DNA of 64,000 nucleotides from the NCBI GenBank assembly GCA_001029795.1, contig CP011216.1, positions 499,580 through 563,579 of the forward strand. The letters are read 5' to 3'. Under the pieces are notes generated by a model. That model saw only the letters and a list, made by a program, of their open reading frames with translations, searched no databases and had not been told where the DNA came from. Origin of the DNA: a candidate division Kazan bacterium GW2011_GWA1_50_15 (GTDB lineage: Bacteria; Patescibacteriota; Kazan-3B-28). Both the position numbers and the translations under genes were made by a program. Shown here one piece after another: positions 1-9,634 of the stretch; position 1 is the stretch's first letter, and every line of letters begins with the position of its first letter.

Positions 1-821
1 GCGACTTTGCGGGTGTTGTAGGGCGAGTTAATATTGAGATCGGCTTGGGAGATAGGCCCCACCCAATTGTCGGTAAGGTAGCGGACCGTAGCGTCCACAT
101 CCAGCCGCATACCCTTGTCTAACCGATTGACCAGCACCCCGGCAACTAACTTTCTATTCACATCCGTCCGGGCTTCTTTCTCCACAAGTGAGGCCAAAGT
201 CAAAATTTGGTGCAGGGTGTATTGAGATGACTTAACTTGGGCATCCACCGTGCCGATACGCCGTTTGAAGTTATCCAACATCTGCAACAACAGATCGCGC
301 ACTGGCGTGCCCTGATCCATGTTGTAGGTATCAGGGAAGAGATACCCTTCCAGCGAATTATCTGGTCGGCCGGTTAAAAAGTCGAAGTCTGGCGGGAAAT
401 TGGCAGCGGCTTTGACAAAGTCGTTAGCCGTAATAATATCTTTCTTTTCGAGGAGCATGGCGATCTGGGCTGTTGTATACCCCTCAGGAATCGTTACTTT
501 GGCAGTGGCTGTTTGGCTGTGGGCAATAATGTAAGCGATCTGCCAGGCATCCATTCGCGGGGAGACATTGTAGGCCCCCGACTGCACAGCGCCAGTACGA
601 TTCAACTTAAAAGCTATCCGGGTACCAAAGGTTGACCGAATAAAGTCTGCATCTTTGAGATTGACCACGATATCAGCGATCGTGTCGCCCTGCTCCACAT
701 TAAAGAGGGTTTTACCCTCGGCTTTAAAATCACTGGGGGCGAACCACGCCAAGTAGGCGCTGAGTAGTATTAGCACCAGCGCCCCCAGGACGATAATAAT
801 TAACCGATGTGTCTTACCCAA
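1..821 (-). CDS. mltG: Endolytic transglycosylase MltG (3' end runs off the window)
   Basis: Translated by hand from TTG at 821: N-terminal TM segment, then KVTIPEGYT, LEGYLFPDTY, LTLASLVEKEA, RLDVDATVRY, SPYNT. Confidence 0.9.
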   Translation of the reverse strand, partial: MGKTHRLIIIVLGALVLILLSAYLAWFAPSDFKAEGKTLFNVEQGDTIADIVVNLKDADFIRSTFGTRIAFKLNRTGAVQSGAYNVSPRMDAWQIAYIIAHSQTATAKVTIPEGYTTAQIAMLLEKKDIITANDFVKAAANFPPDFDFLTGRPDNSLEGYLFPDTYNMDQGTPVRDLLLQMLDNFKRRIGTVDAQVKSSQYTLHQILTLASLVEKEARTDVNRKLVAGVLVNRLDKGMRLDVDATVRYLTDNWVGPISQADLNINSPYNTRKV

Positions 822-828
822 AGCCGAT

Positions 829-1014
829 TTAGCGGTTTTGCATGATCTCCTTGAAGGCGATCAAGATCAGTAGTACTGGCCAGTAAGCCAACCAGACTCG
901 ATCCAACAGCCCCAGGTTGATCAGCAGGACAATAATCCCAACGACCAACAGGATCAGTTGGTCGAACATATCCATCTCGCCGAACAGGAAATGATTGTGC
1001 GGACCCTTTGCCAT
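829..1014 (-). CDS. Small 2-TM membrane protein (LiaF/DUF5668-like)
   Basis: 61 aa hydrophobic ORF with GIIVLLINLG...YWPVLLI; true start may be a later Met. Confidence 0.55.
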   Translation of the reverse strand: MAKGPHNHFLFGEMDMFDQLILLVVGIIVLLINLGLLDRVWLAYWPVLLILIAFKEIMQNR

Positions 1015-1044
1015 GATGACTCCTTTTTATATAACTACTTAATA

Positions 1045-1608
1045 TTATTTCCCCAATAGTTTGAGCGCATATTTGATCCGATCTTCTGTAGCGGCTAATT
1101 CGCGCGGGATGTCCGGCAGAACGCGTTTCACCTCATACGCATTATACCCCAGCGAGACGAGGGCCGTGAGTAGATCGTGCGCTTGATCGCCTAATTTGGA
1201 GTTGCTTATCTCGACTTTGTTCTTTAACTCGACAATGATCCGCTCGGCAGTTTTTTTACCAATCCCACTGATAGTAGTAAAGATGGCGACATCGCCGCCG
1301 CCAATGGCTGACTGGAGCTCGCTGACTTTTCCGGCGTTCAACACGCCCAAGGCGCTGCGGGGGCCAACCCCGGATACCCCGACTAGCTGGGTAAAGAAAG
1401 TCTGCTCAGCTTCGCTCATAAAGCCATACAGACTCAGTTGATCCTCGCGCACCACTAAGTAGGTTAGCAGTTCAATCGTTGAACCAACCGGGTAACTGGC
1501 GATGACCGCGTGGGTGGTGGAGATTTTATACCCCACTCCGCCTTCGGTCTGGACCAAAAGCCAATCAATGCCGGCTGATTTCACTGTGCCCTGGATGCTA
1601 CCGATCAT
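1045..1608 (-). CDS. ruvA: Holliday junction branch migration protein RuvA
   Basis: MIGSIQG, GGVGY, VREDQLSLYGF, VSGVGPRSA, GIGKKTAERIIVELK, ALVSLGY. Confidence 0.96.
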   Translation of the reverse strand: MIGSIQGTVKSAGIDWLLVQTEGGVGYKISTTHAVIASYPVGSTIELLTYLVVREDQLSLYGFMSEAEQTFFTQLVGVSGVGPRSALGVLNAGKVSELQSAIGGGDVAIFTTISGIGKKTAERIIVELKNKVEISNSKLGDQAHDLLTALVSLGYNAYEVKRVLPDIPRELAATEDRIKYALKLLGK

Positions 1609-2102
1609 TTAAGATGTCGTTCAAGAGTAGATGCATGCGCTGCGGTTACCGCCACGGCCAACGCATCGGCCGCATCATCCGGTTTGGGGATCTCCTTTAA
1701 CCCTAATATCATTTTAATCATTTTTTGCATTTGCTGCTTGTCGGCCCGGCCGTAACCGGTGATGGCTTGTTTGACCTGCAGAGGAGTATATGACCGGATC
1801 TGTGTATGCGCTTCAGCTGCGACCTGCAGCAGCACCCCGCGGGCTTGGGAGACATTCATGGCAGTAGTAACGTTGCGGGCAAAGAATAACTCCTCCACCG
1901 CAACCAGGTCGGGTTGATATTTTTTGATCAGCGCCCGCAATGCTTTGGCGATGTCGTGCAGCCGAGTAGCGGTTAGATCGGTTTTAGGGGTGGTGATACA
2001 ACCATGCGTAAGGTAGTGCGCCTTCACCCCGTCGTGGGCGACTACGCCGTAGCCGGTGGTGGCAGTGCCCGGGTCTAAACCTAAAATGATCGTGGCCTTC
2101 AA
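1605..2102 (-). CDS. ruvC: Crossover junction endodeoxyribonuclease RuvC
   Basis: ILGLDPG, EELFF, YTPLQVKQAITGYGRADK, PDDAADALA. Confidence 0.97.
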   Translation of the reverse strand: MKATIILGLDPGTATTGYGVVAHDGVKAHYLTHGCITTPKTDLTATRLHDIAKALRALIKKYQPDLVAVEELFFARNVTTAMNVSQARGVLLQVAAEAHTQIRSYTPLQVKQAITGYGRADKQQMQKMIKMILGLKEIPKPDDAADALAVAVTAAHASTLERHLK

Positions 2103-2103
2103 G

Positions 2104-2838
2104 CTATTCTCCTAGTAAATTGTCGGCTATATCGAAATTGGTGAAAACTTCACTGACGTCGGGGTTGTCATCAAGCGCCTCCATTAAGCCCAGAACTTTT
2201 TTAGCCGTAGTCGGATCGGTGACCTCGACCGTAGTAGTGGGCATTAAGGTAAGTTTGTCCTCTTGGACTTGTATCCCGTCGCTCACTAGACGTTGTCTGA
2301 CCTGGGCCAGATCCTTGGGCGGGGTGTAGACCTCCCAAGCATCCCCGGCATCTTGAAAATCTTCCGCCCCAGCATCGATAAACTTCATCTCCATATCTGA
2401 GCTACTCTTAGGGATAACCAACAGACCGCGTTCTTTGAACTGCCAGGCCACCGCGCCGCTGCTGCCCAAGCTTCCGCCGGCCTTGGCAAATAGATTACGC
2501 AGTTCAGATACCGTTCGGTTGCGGTTGTCCGTTAACGCCCGGATTACGACCGCCACGTTGCCTGGCGCTAAACCCTCGTAGGTTGCTTCTTCGATCTGGC
2601 TCTTGTCGGCATCTAACCCGGCTCCCTTACGGACCGACTTTTCAATATTGGCCATGGGCATGTTCGAACCACGAGCCTTTTGTACCGCTAGCTTAAGCCG
2701 CGGGTTCATCTCTGGGTCAGCCCCAAATCGAGCTGCCACCTCAATGACCCGAGCAATTCTAGTGAATTCAGCGCTGCGCTTAGCGTCGGTTGCCCCCTTC
2801 TTCCGCTTAATAGTTGACCACTTAGAATGTCCTGACAT
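2104..2838 (-). CDS. yebC: YebC/PmpR family protein
   Basis: MSGHSKWSTIKRKKG, TDNRNRT; canonical position upstream of ruvC. Confidence 0.96.
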   Translation of the reverse strand: MSGHSKWSTIKRKKGATDAKRSAEFTRIARVIEVAARFGADPEMNPRLKLAVQKARGSNMPMANIEKSVRKGAGLDADKSQIEEATYEGLAPGNVAVVIRALTDNRNRTVSELRNLFAKAGGSLGSSGAVAWQFKERGLLVIPKSSSDMEMKFIDAGAEDFQDAGDAWEVYTPPKDLAQVRQRLVSDGIQVQEDKLTLMPTTTVEVTDPTTAKKVLGLMEALDDNPDVSEVFTNFDIADNLLGE

Positions 2839-2972
2839 TCGTCCAAATCCTCCTACATTAGCAAAAGCTGCGAGTATCCTGTCGGCTTCTATTATATAAC
2901 AAATCCGCCTCAGGACAGAATAATCGACGACCGAGGGGGACAGGACTGCCGTCCTCTATATAATAGGAAAGT

Positions 2973-5063
2973 ATGTCAGACCCAATCGCATCGCTGAACC
3001 CTGAACAGATCAAGGCCGTCCATCGCGTCAAAGGTCCGGTTTTGGTATTGGCAGGAGCCGGCAGCGGCAAAACCAAAGCGCTAACCCATCGGGTGGCGTA
3101 TTTGATCCAAACCAAACAGATATCACCCGCCAATATCCTAGCCATTACCTTCACCAACAAGGCGGCCGGGGAGATGCGCGAACGCATCCAGCGACTCATT
3201 AGGTCGCGTAGCGACAAACCTTTTAATGTCAGTACATTCCACTCCTTTTGCGCCAAGGTGCTGCGCCGTGAGGCACACCATCTGGGCTACGCGGCTAACT
3301 TCACGATCTTAGACGCTGACGATCAGCTCACCGCCGTCAAACAAGCAATGGAGATGCTGCAATTGGATATCAAAAGGACTGCGCCAGAGGCGGTCAGAGC
3401 GCATATCTCCTCGGCTAAGAACGAACTGATGGATGAGGATGCATATACCTCGGTAGCGAGCGGAACGTTCCAGCAAATCGTAGCTAAAGTCTACCGGGCT
3501 TACCAGGATATCTTGCGCCGGAACCAGGCGATGGACTTTGACGACTTACTGATGAACCTGGTCATCATCTTCCAGGGACAGCCGAAAGTCTTAGCCCGTT
3601 ATCAGGAACAGTTCAAATATATCTTGGTTGATGAATACCAAGACACCAATACCGCACAGTACCGGCTGACCTCGCTACTGGCCGCTAAGCATCGCAACCT
3701 GTTTGTAGTCGGAGATGATTGGCAGAGTATCTATTCTTGGCGGGGAGCGAACTTCCGCAACATCTTAAACTTTCACAATGACTACCCAGACGCCTATATT
3801 GTGAAACTGGAGCAGAACTATCGTTCGACCCAGAACATTCTCGATGCCGCCCACGCAGTGATCGCCCACAATAAAAACCGAAGTGATAAAAAATTGTGGA
3901 CCAACCAGGCCAGCGGTGAACTAATCACGGTCTACGAAGCGTCCAATGGAAAGGATGAGGGTGATTTTATCGTGCGGGAGATACTGGCCTGGCGGGGGAG
4001 AACTAGGGCTCAGCTAAACAATTTTGTCGTGCTGTATCGGACTAACGCCCAGTCCCGCGCCCTAGAGGAAACTATGCTCCGAGCTGGTCTGCCTTATCGC
4101 GTGATCGGCGGAGTCCGCTTCTATGAGCGACGGGAGATCAAGGATATGTTGGCTTTCTTAAAGTTGCTGGCCAATCCCGATGATAACCTAGCCCTTCAGC
4201 GGATCATCAATCTGCCTGCCCGAGGCATCGGCAAAAAGACATTGCAGGCATTGGAACAGGAGGCTTATTCCGCGGATAAGGGGATGTACGACTATATAAC
4301 GCATTTGAACAATCCGACTCCAGCCGTGCAGGAGTTTGTGGGGGTGATGCGACAGATCGAGCGCAAGAGCCCACGGCTTAATCTCAGTCGTTTGCTCGAC
4401 TTGGTGCTAACCGCGTCTGGTTACCAAACCATGCTCAAGGCTGAGGGGATCGAGGGTGAGACCCGGCTCGAAAACATTGCCGAACTTAAATCAGTGATGG
4501 AAAAGTACGACCACCTAGCCCCCGCAGAAGCGTTGTCTATCTTCTTGGAAGAGGTCGCGCTGATCTCTGATACTGACAATCTCACGCTGGCTGATGATGC
4601 GATAACGCTCATGACCCTCCACACCGCCAAGGGATTGGAGTTTGATTATGTCTTTATGGTGGGCGCCGAGGAAAACTTATTCCCACATAGCCGCAGTTTA
4701 ATGGACGCTGAGGAGCTGGAGGAGGAACGTCGACTATGTTATGTCGGGATCACCCGCGCCCGCCAAAAAGTTTATTTTACCCACGCTGAAGAGCGGCTGA
4801 TCTATGGTAACCTGCAGGCTAACCCCCGCTCACGATTCATCGACGACCTTCCCGAAGAACTTACCGAATTCGTTAGACGTTCGGGCCCAGTCCGCCAAAC
4901 GAGTGGACAAGAACGCCGGCTCCAACCCGGGGATAAGGTTATCCACCGGCAGTTCGGGCCAGGCGTGATCATTAGTCAAACCGGAGATATCGTGACTGTC
5001 GCTTTTGTAAAGTACGGCATAAAGGATCTGGCCGCCGACCTGGCCGATATCAAACCCAAATGA
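2973..5063 (+). CDS. pcrA: ATP-dependent DNA helicase PcrA/UvrD
   Basis: AGAGSGKT, VDEYQDTN, VGDDWQSIYSWRGA, LEQNYRS, HTAKGLEF, EEERRLCYVGITRA; C-terminal Tudor-like HRQFG. Confidence 0.96.
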   Translation: MSDPIASLNPEQIKAVHRVKGPVLVLAGAGSGKTKALTHRVAYLIQTKQISPANILAITFTNKAAGEMRERIQRLIRSRSDKPFNVSTFHSFCAKVLRREAHHLGYAANFTILDADDQLTAVKQAMEMLQLDIKRTAPEAVRAHISSAKNELMDEDAYTSVASGTFQQIVAKVYRAYQDILRRNQAMDFDDLLMNLVIIFQGQPKVLARYQEQFKYILVDEYQDTNTAQYRLTSLLAAKHRNLFVVGDDWQSIYSWRGANFRNILNFHNDYPDAYIVKLEQNYRSTQNILDAAHAVIAHNKNRSDKKLWTNQASGELITVYEASNGKDEGDFIVREILAWRGRTRAQLNNFVVLYRTNAQSRALEETMLRAGLPYRVIGGVRFYERREIKDMLAFLKLLANPDDNLALQRIINLPARGIGKKTLQALEQEAYSADKGMYDYITHLNNPTPAVQEFVGVMRQIERKSPRLNLSRLLDLVLTASGYQTMLKAEGIEGETRLENIAELKSVMEKYDHLAPAEALSIFLEEVALISDTDNLTLADDAITLMTLHTAKGLEFDYVFMVGAEENLFPHSRSLMDAEELEEERRLCYVGITRARQKVYFTHAEERLIYGNLQANPRSRFIDDLPEELTEFVRRSGPVRQTSGQERRLQPGDKVIHRQFGPGVIISQTGDIVTVAFVKYGIKDLAADLADIKPK

Positions 5064-5665
5064 TGACTGGTTACCGGGGGGCAGTTCTGTCGCTCTTAAG
5101 TCTAGCCGTGCTGACTGGGGGATTAAGTTGGCAGCGCCCACCCATCAACCAACCTAAAGTTATCAAATTGCAGTTTAACGGATTAGGATGGCAGACCGAC
5201 ACCCGGGCTAGCGATATAGCCGAGCTGTTGCTCCAAGACTTTGGCAGTTACGAGGGGTGGATGATTGAACCGCCACCCGAAACCGCCTTAACCGACCAAA
5301 TGACCGTTACCATCCAAGACCCATCGGCTAGCGTGTTGGAACCGCTGGTGGCTGCCAACCTTAAAGCTGAGCTTAAAAAACAGGAAGAGGCTAAGCGTCA
5401 GACAGAACGTAAGTCTCCGATCTATGCCGGGCTGGCCACTTGGTACGATTTTGGGAGTGAACTGACCGCCGCTAGCCGTCAGTTCCCCAAAGGCACTCAT
5501 CTCCGAGTAGTCGCAGTCAATTCCGGCAAAACTATTGATGTAATGATTAATGATTATGGCCCCCAGGCCTATACTGGCATCCAGCTCGACCTCAACCGTC
5601 CAGCATTTTTAAAGCTTGCTCCTCTAGGAGCGGGTAAGATTGGAATCAAATACTTTAGAATATAG
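5060..5665 (+). CDS. Exported RlpA-like double-psi beta-barrel protein with degenerate DUF348-like N-terminal region
   Basis: Signal/TM segment; C-terminal GLATWY, TAAS, PKGT, VMINDYGP, LDLNRPAFLKLA. Confidence 0.75.
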   Translation: MMTGYRGAVLSLLSLAVLTGGLSWQRPPINQPKVIKLQFNGLGWQTDTRASDIAELLLQDFGSYEGWMIEPPPETALTDQMTVTIQDPSASVLEPLVAANLKAELKKQEEAKRQTERKSPIYAGLATWYDFGSELTAASRQFPKGTHLRVVAVNSGKTIDVMINDYGPQAYTGIQLDLNRPAFLKLAPLGAGKIGIKYFRI

Positions 5666-5667
5666 GG

Positions 5668-6540
5668 GTGGACCTGACTGACATACAAACCGTTAAGAGC
5701 TTGTTGACTCATTACAACTTAACCGCTCAAAAAAGCTTGGGCCAGCATTTTTTAATTGATGCCGGGGCTCTGCGCACCATGCTTGAGGCGGCCGATCTAA
5801 GTAAGAATGATTTTGTAGTCGAGGTCGGCCCTGGGTTTGGCGTGCTCACTCTGCCCGTGGCCGAGCGGGCTGGTCGAGTCCTAGCGGTGGAGACTGATAA
5901 AAAGCTGATCAGTATTTTAAAAGCTCTAAGTAGCGGCACACCTAACATCGATCTCTTGCCGGCCAATGTGTTGAAGCTTGAGAGCCGGCAGCTGCATGAC
6001 CGGTACCGCCAGTGGAGTCGGGTCAAATCTGGACGGACTCGGTACAAGCTGGTATCAAATCTGCCCTACTATATTACCTCGCCGATATTGAAGCAGTTTT
6101 TAGAGACCAGCTACCGTCCAGACTTGATCGTAGTGATGGTCCAGCGAGAGGTAGCTGAGCGGATCGCCGCCAAGCCCGGCGAGATGAGTTTACTGTCGGT
6201 CTCGGTTCAGTTCTTTGGCCAACCAGAGATAGTCCGCACGGTGACCAAACAGTCGTTCTGGCCCAAGCCAGAGGTGGACTCAGCCATTTTGAAGATCACT
6301 CCTCACCCCAAGCTTCCTTGGGATGTAGACGATGTCAGATTTTTCTTCCGCATGGTCAAAGCCGGGTTCGGTGAGCGCCGCAAACAACTGCACAACTCGC
6401 TTAGTGGGGGGCTGCACATCGACGATAAGCTGGCGCGCAACTTGCTAGCCGGCGCCGGGATAGATCCTAAGACGCGGGCCCAAGATCTTTCAGTCGAAAG
6501 GTGGGTCAAGTTATATCGCCAATTAAAATCTACGCTCTAA
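5668..6540 (+). CDS. rsmA: 16S rRNA dimethyltransferase RsmA/KsgA
   Basis: KSLGQHFL, VEVGPGFG, SNLPYYITSP, MVQREVAERI, FWPKPEVDS. Confidence 0.96.
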   Translation: MDLTDIQTVKSLLTHYNLTAQKSLGQHFLIDAGALRTMLEAADLSKNDFVVEVGPGFGVLTLPVAERAGRVLAVETDKKLISILKALSSGTPNIDLLPANVLKLESRQLHDRYRQWSRVKSGRTRYKLVSNLPYYITSPILKQFLETSYRPDLIVVMVQREVAERIAAKPGEMSLLSVSVQFFGQPEIVRTVTKQSFWPKPEVDSAILKITPHPKLPWDVDDVRFFFRMVKAGFGERRKQLHNSLSGGLHIDDKLARNLLAGAGIDPKTRAQDLSVERWVKLYRQLKSTL

Positions 6541-7193
6541 TGTTATTCGTAGTCGCTACCCCGATCGGCAACCTACAAGATATCTCCCTGCGCGCGCTGG
6601 AGACTCTGCGAGATGTTGACGTGATCGCCGCCGAAGATACGCGTCAGACCAAAAAACTACTCGACCGGCACAATATCAAAACCTCGCTCATCAGCTTCCA
6701 CCAACATACGCGTTCGCCCAAAACCGAACAGCTGGTCGCTCAACTAGTCGCTGGCAAACGCATTGCCTTAGTTACCGATGCGGGGACACCAGGTATCGCC
6801 GACCCGGGGAGCGTATTGGTCCAGGCCGCGCGTCAGGCAGGAGTAAAGGTCGTCCCAATCCCGGGCGCCAGCGCAGTAACCACGCTTTTAAGCGCGGCCG
6901 GCATCTCGGCGGATAGTTTTCTATTCTTAGGGTTTCTGCCCAAGAAAAAGGGGCGCGCCAGTCTCTGGCAAGAGATGAAGACAGTGGCTGTGCCTATCGT
7001 CTTATTTGAATCGCCTAACCGGGTTGTGAAAACTTTGAATGAGATCCGTGCGGCATTGGGTGAGCGGGAGGTAATTATCGGCCGCGAACTAACCAAACTT
7101 CATGAAGAGATCCTGCGTCTGCCCGTATCGATCGCTATTGAACAATTCAGCCAGCAGAACCCCAAGGGTGAGTTTGTCATTGTGATTAGTTAA
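6540..7193 (+). CDS. rsmI: 16S rRNA C1402 2'-O-methyltransferase RsmI
   Basis: ATG at 6540 overlaps the rsmA stop; VVATPIGNLQDIS, AEDTR, DAGTPGIADPG, FESPNR, RELTKLHEE, KGEFV. Confidence 0.96.
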   Translation: MLFVVATPIGNLQDISLRALETLRDVDVIAAEDTRQTKKLLDRHNIKTSLISFHQHTRSPKTEQLVAQLVAGKRIALVTDAGTPGIADPGSVLVQAARQAGVKVVPIPGASAVTTLLSAAGISADSFLFLGFLPKKKGRASLWQEMKTVAVPIVLFESPNRVVKTLNEIRAALGEREVIIGRELTKLHEEILRLPVSIAIEQFSQQNPKGEFVIVIS

Positions 7194-7216
7194 ATCTATA
7201 ATGCAAGTAAGATCTG

Positions 7217-7298
7217 TCCCGTTAGAAATCACCGATCGGGACAGCTGAAAAGACATGGAAAGTAAGTTATTTATACGCTAGGTTGATTTCTAACGGGA
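7217..7298. repeat. 82-bp MITE-like element with perfect 15-bp terminal inverted repeats
   Basis: TCCCGTTAGAAATCA (7217-7231) and TGATTTCTAACGGGA (7284-7298). Confidence 0.6.
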
Positions 7299-7519
7299 TG
7301 GCTGCCAAGAAAAAACTAAGTGCGAAGGTTCGCCAAGCGGTAGCTAAGGCGAAGCCAAAGAAAACATTTTTTATCATCCAAATGCCTGAGGACCAGGACG
7401 AAGCACCTCATTGGTTATTTTGGATGTTGTTAATCGTTTTTGTGGCGCTGCTGGTTAGTATTGTGTGGCAGGGGTTGGCTCTGTCTTCGAGCGTGCAGGC
7501 GTACCTGCCCTACCTCTAA
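7298..7519 (+). CDS. Small protein with basic N-terminus and one TM segment
   Basis: MAAKKKLSAK..., hydrophobic WLFWMLLIVFVALLVSIVW; followed by a terminator. Confidence 0.6.
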   Translation: MAAKKKLSAKVRQAVAKAKPKKTFFIIQMPEDQDEAPHWLFWMLLIVFVALLVSIVWQGLALSSSVQAYLPYL

Positions 7520-7536
7520 CCGCGTAACAGGATATG

Positions 7537-7574
7537 AAAAAGTCCCATTTGGCATAGGGCCAAAGGGGACTTTT
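7537..7574. terminator. Bidirectional intrinsic terminator
   Basis: AAAAAGTCCC-ATTTGGC-loop-GCCAAA-GGGGACTTTT between convergent genes. Confidence 0.7.
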
Positions 7575-7977
7575 AGGTTGCGCCGACCGCTTCGGCGAAG
7601 ATCTCCAGCTGGGAGACGACATTGGGCTTGGGCTTGAGAAATGGGATGCGCAGCCCAGTCAGGGTACGCTCTACCTCTATCTCTTGCCATCCAGCCCGGA
7701 TACGCGGGGGATAACCCCGGTCAAGGGCGAGAGCATCTTTCCAGACGCGCTCGGCCTCCCGCCGGTCACTCGCGCAGACGAGCGTCCGCCGCCCGCAGGA
7801 CTCGCAGGCCAAGAACAAACGCCCACCTGAGCCGAGCATCCGCACCCAGTAATTGCAGTACTCTGATAGATCGTAGACCCACTCGTGTACCGCCTGAGGA
7901 AGATCGACCCCTAGCAGCCCAGAACAAGGAAGCCCCGGTATAGCGAACCGGAACTCCATCAGATCCACCCGTTCCAT
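7573..7977 (-). CDS. Orphan hypothetical protein, possibly Zn-binding (C...CESC)
   Basis: ATG 7977 preceded by AAGGAGG; has its own promoter and terminator. Confidence 0.5.
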   Translation of the reverse strand: MERVDLMEFRFAIPGLPCSGLLGVDLPQAVHEWVYDLSEYCNYWVRMLGSGGRLFLACESCGRRTLVCASDRREAERVWKDALALDRGYPPRIRAGWQEIEVERTLTGLRIPFLKPKPNVVSQLEIFAEAVGAT

Positions 7978-8007
7978 ACTAGCCTCCTTAAGGGACAAGT
8001 TACCCCC

Positions 8008-8074
8008 ACTTTAGCACACCTCTCTCCTATAGTCAAGGAAAAATCTTGACTGGGAGCGAGTTTTTTGCTATAAT
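8008..8074. promoter_or_regulatory. Back-to-back sigma70-type promoters
   Basis: Minus strand TTGACT-N17-TAAAGT (8036-8008); plus strand TTGACT-N17-TATAAT (8046-8074). Confidence 0.75.
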
Positions 8075-8097
8075 TAAGGGATACCTGCCAACCATTC

Positions 8098-9117
8098 ATG
8101 GAAGATAAAAATCAAAATCACAAGCAGGCGCTAGCTGCTGTTATCAGCTTCGCCCTGCTAGGAGGTAGCTGGCAGCTCTATGGAGCTGAGGCGGCTGCCC
8201 CGATTAGGTTAAAGACCTTGGCTGCGCAAGTGGCATCAATGACCACTCGGGTGGTGTCTTCTGATATAGACGCCGATTACGTGGTAGCAACCCTGCCAGC
8301 TGGGCTGACGTTCGAGCCGGGGGCGACCCAGACTGCCGTGGTAACTATCCAAAACACTAGCAACGAGACATGGGACGGTAATCAGCTTCGGCTAGGGACA
8401 GTTTTTCGCACTGGCGACAAAGACAGATGGAGCGATTGGCAGACCGAGACCTGGCTCTCACCGACCCGGATCGCGCCGGTAGGGTTAGTTGACAAACTAA
8501 TTCGCCCTCGCCAGATGGCTAGCTTTAACGTTGCCCTTCATGCCCCAGAACGAACCGGGCAGTATCGAGAGTACTTCCAGCCAGTGATGGACGGGGGGGC
8601 CGGGTGGCTGGACGGACAGATTGTCGCACTGAACCTGCAAGTCGGGGAGACTGCCAACGTTGCGGAGGCGCCTCAACCCAAGGCGATAGTGATCGACCGC
8701 GGACATCAGCGCGGTTATTGGCTCGAGAACGGAGTTGTGGTTGCTAGCTTACCAGTATCGACGGGTAAGTTAGGTTATACTACTCCGGCCGGAGAATACA
8801 AAATCATGAACCATATTGAGAACGCCTACTCCAGCGAGTACGAACTGTGGATGCCGAACTGGATGGCCCTGACCAGCGCCAAATATGGCTTTCAGGGCTA
8901 CGGCATACACGGGTTGCCGTACTGGCGAGTGAAACCGGCTAAGTTCGAGGAGGGCAAAATCTATCCGGGCGGCCGCCTCTACACTAACGGCCGGCTGTAT
9001 GAAGGATTTTCACACTTAGGTATGGCGATGTCACACGGATGTATTCGATTCGGGGTAGCGGAGTCTGGTATCTTATTCGCTTGGGCCGAGGATGGCACAC
9101 CGGTGACCATTATCTAA
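8098..9117 (+). CDS. L,D-transpeptidase (YkuD family) with N-terminal Ig-like domain
   Basis: Signal/TM segment; VSTGKLGYTTPAGEY, YGIHG, SHGCIR. Confidence 0.88.
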   Translation: MEDKNQNHKQALAAVISFALLGGSWQLYGAEAAAPIRLKTLAAQVASMTTRVVSSDIDADYVVATLPAGLTFEPGATQTAVVTIQNTSNETWDGNQLRLGTVFRTGDKDRWSDWQTETWLSPTRIAPVGLVDKLIRPRQMASFNVALHAPERTGQYREYFQPVMDGGAGWLDGQIVALNLQVGETANVAEAPQPKAIVIDRGHQRGYWLENGVVVASLPVSTGKLGYTTPAGEYKIMNHIENAYSSEYELWMPNWMALTSAKYGFQGYGIHGLPYWRVKPAKFEEGKIYPGGRLYTNGRLYEGFSHLGMAMSHGCIRFGVAESGILFAWAEDGTPVTII

Positions 9118-9139
9118 ACCTGACGGAACTTAAGATAAG

Positions 9140-9173
9140 AAAAAGGGCGTCGCCGTTATGGCTCCGCCCTTTT
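9140..9173. terminator. Bidirectional intrinsic terminator
   Basis: AAAAAGGGCG...CGCCCTTTT between convergent genes. Confidence 0.65.
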
Positions 9174-9196
9174 AAAACAAGTGGGATTTGGATGGT

Positions 9197-9481
9197 TTAT
9201 CCCTCATTGACTAGTACCTCCCCGGTAAGTTGACAGCGTACGAATGCTTGCGCAAACTCCTTGAGCGTTATCTTCTCGGCCTTCAGACCTTCGTAATGAG
9301 GGTCGGTCGGCTGGATATAGACAACTGTTTTCAGAGAAAAGCTCTGCAATCGTTCCGACGATGCTGACTCCGGACCAGACATCGATTCAATCGTGTAGTC
9401 CGGGTTAATCCGCACCTCCACCAACTGACGGGAATTGTTCCCGTTGAGAGGGAACACCAACCGCAGAATATCAGTAACCAC
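9197..9481 (-). CDS. Orphan hypothetical protein
   Basis: GTG start preceded by AAAAGGAGGTGA; 94 aa. Confidence 0.5.
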   Translation of the reverse strand: MVTDILRLVFPLNGNNSRQLVEVRINPDYTIESMSGPESASSERLQSFSLKTVVYIQPTDPHYEGLKAEKITLKEFAQAFVRCQLTGEVLVNEG

Positions 9482-9634
9482 CTTGCATCACCTCCTTTTG
9501 GCTGAAGATGGTACAACAAAACCCCACTTCAAGGTGCCACGTACAATTAAAAGCGGTATTACTCTTTGTTTGGCTATTACCCTAAAACTTGGGTACCCGC
9601 AATATACCCCGGAACCTGCCTATTGTAAATAGAC

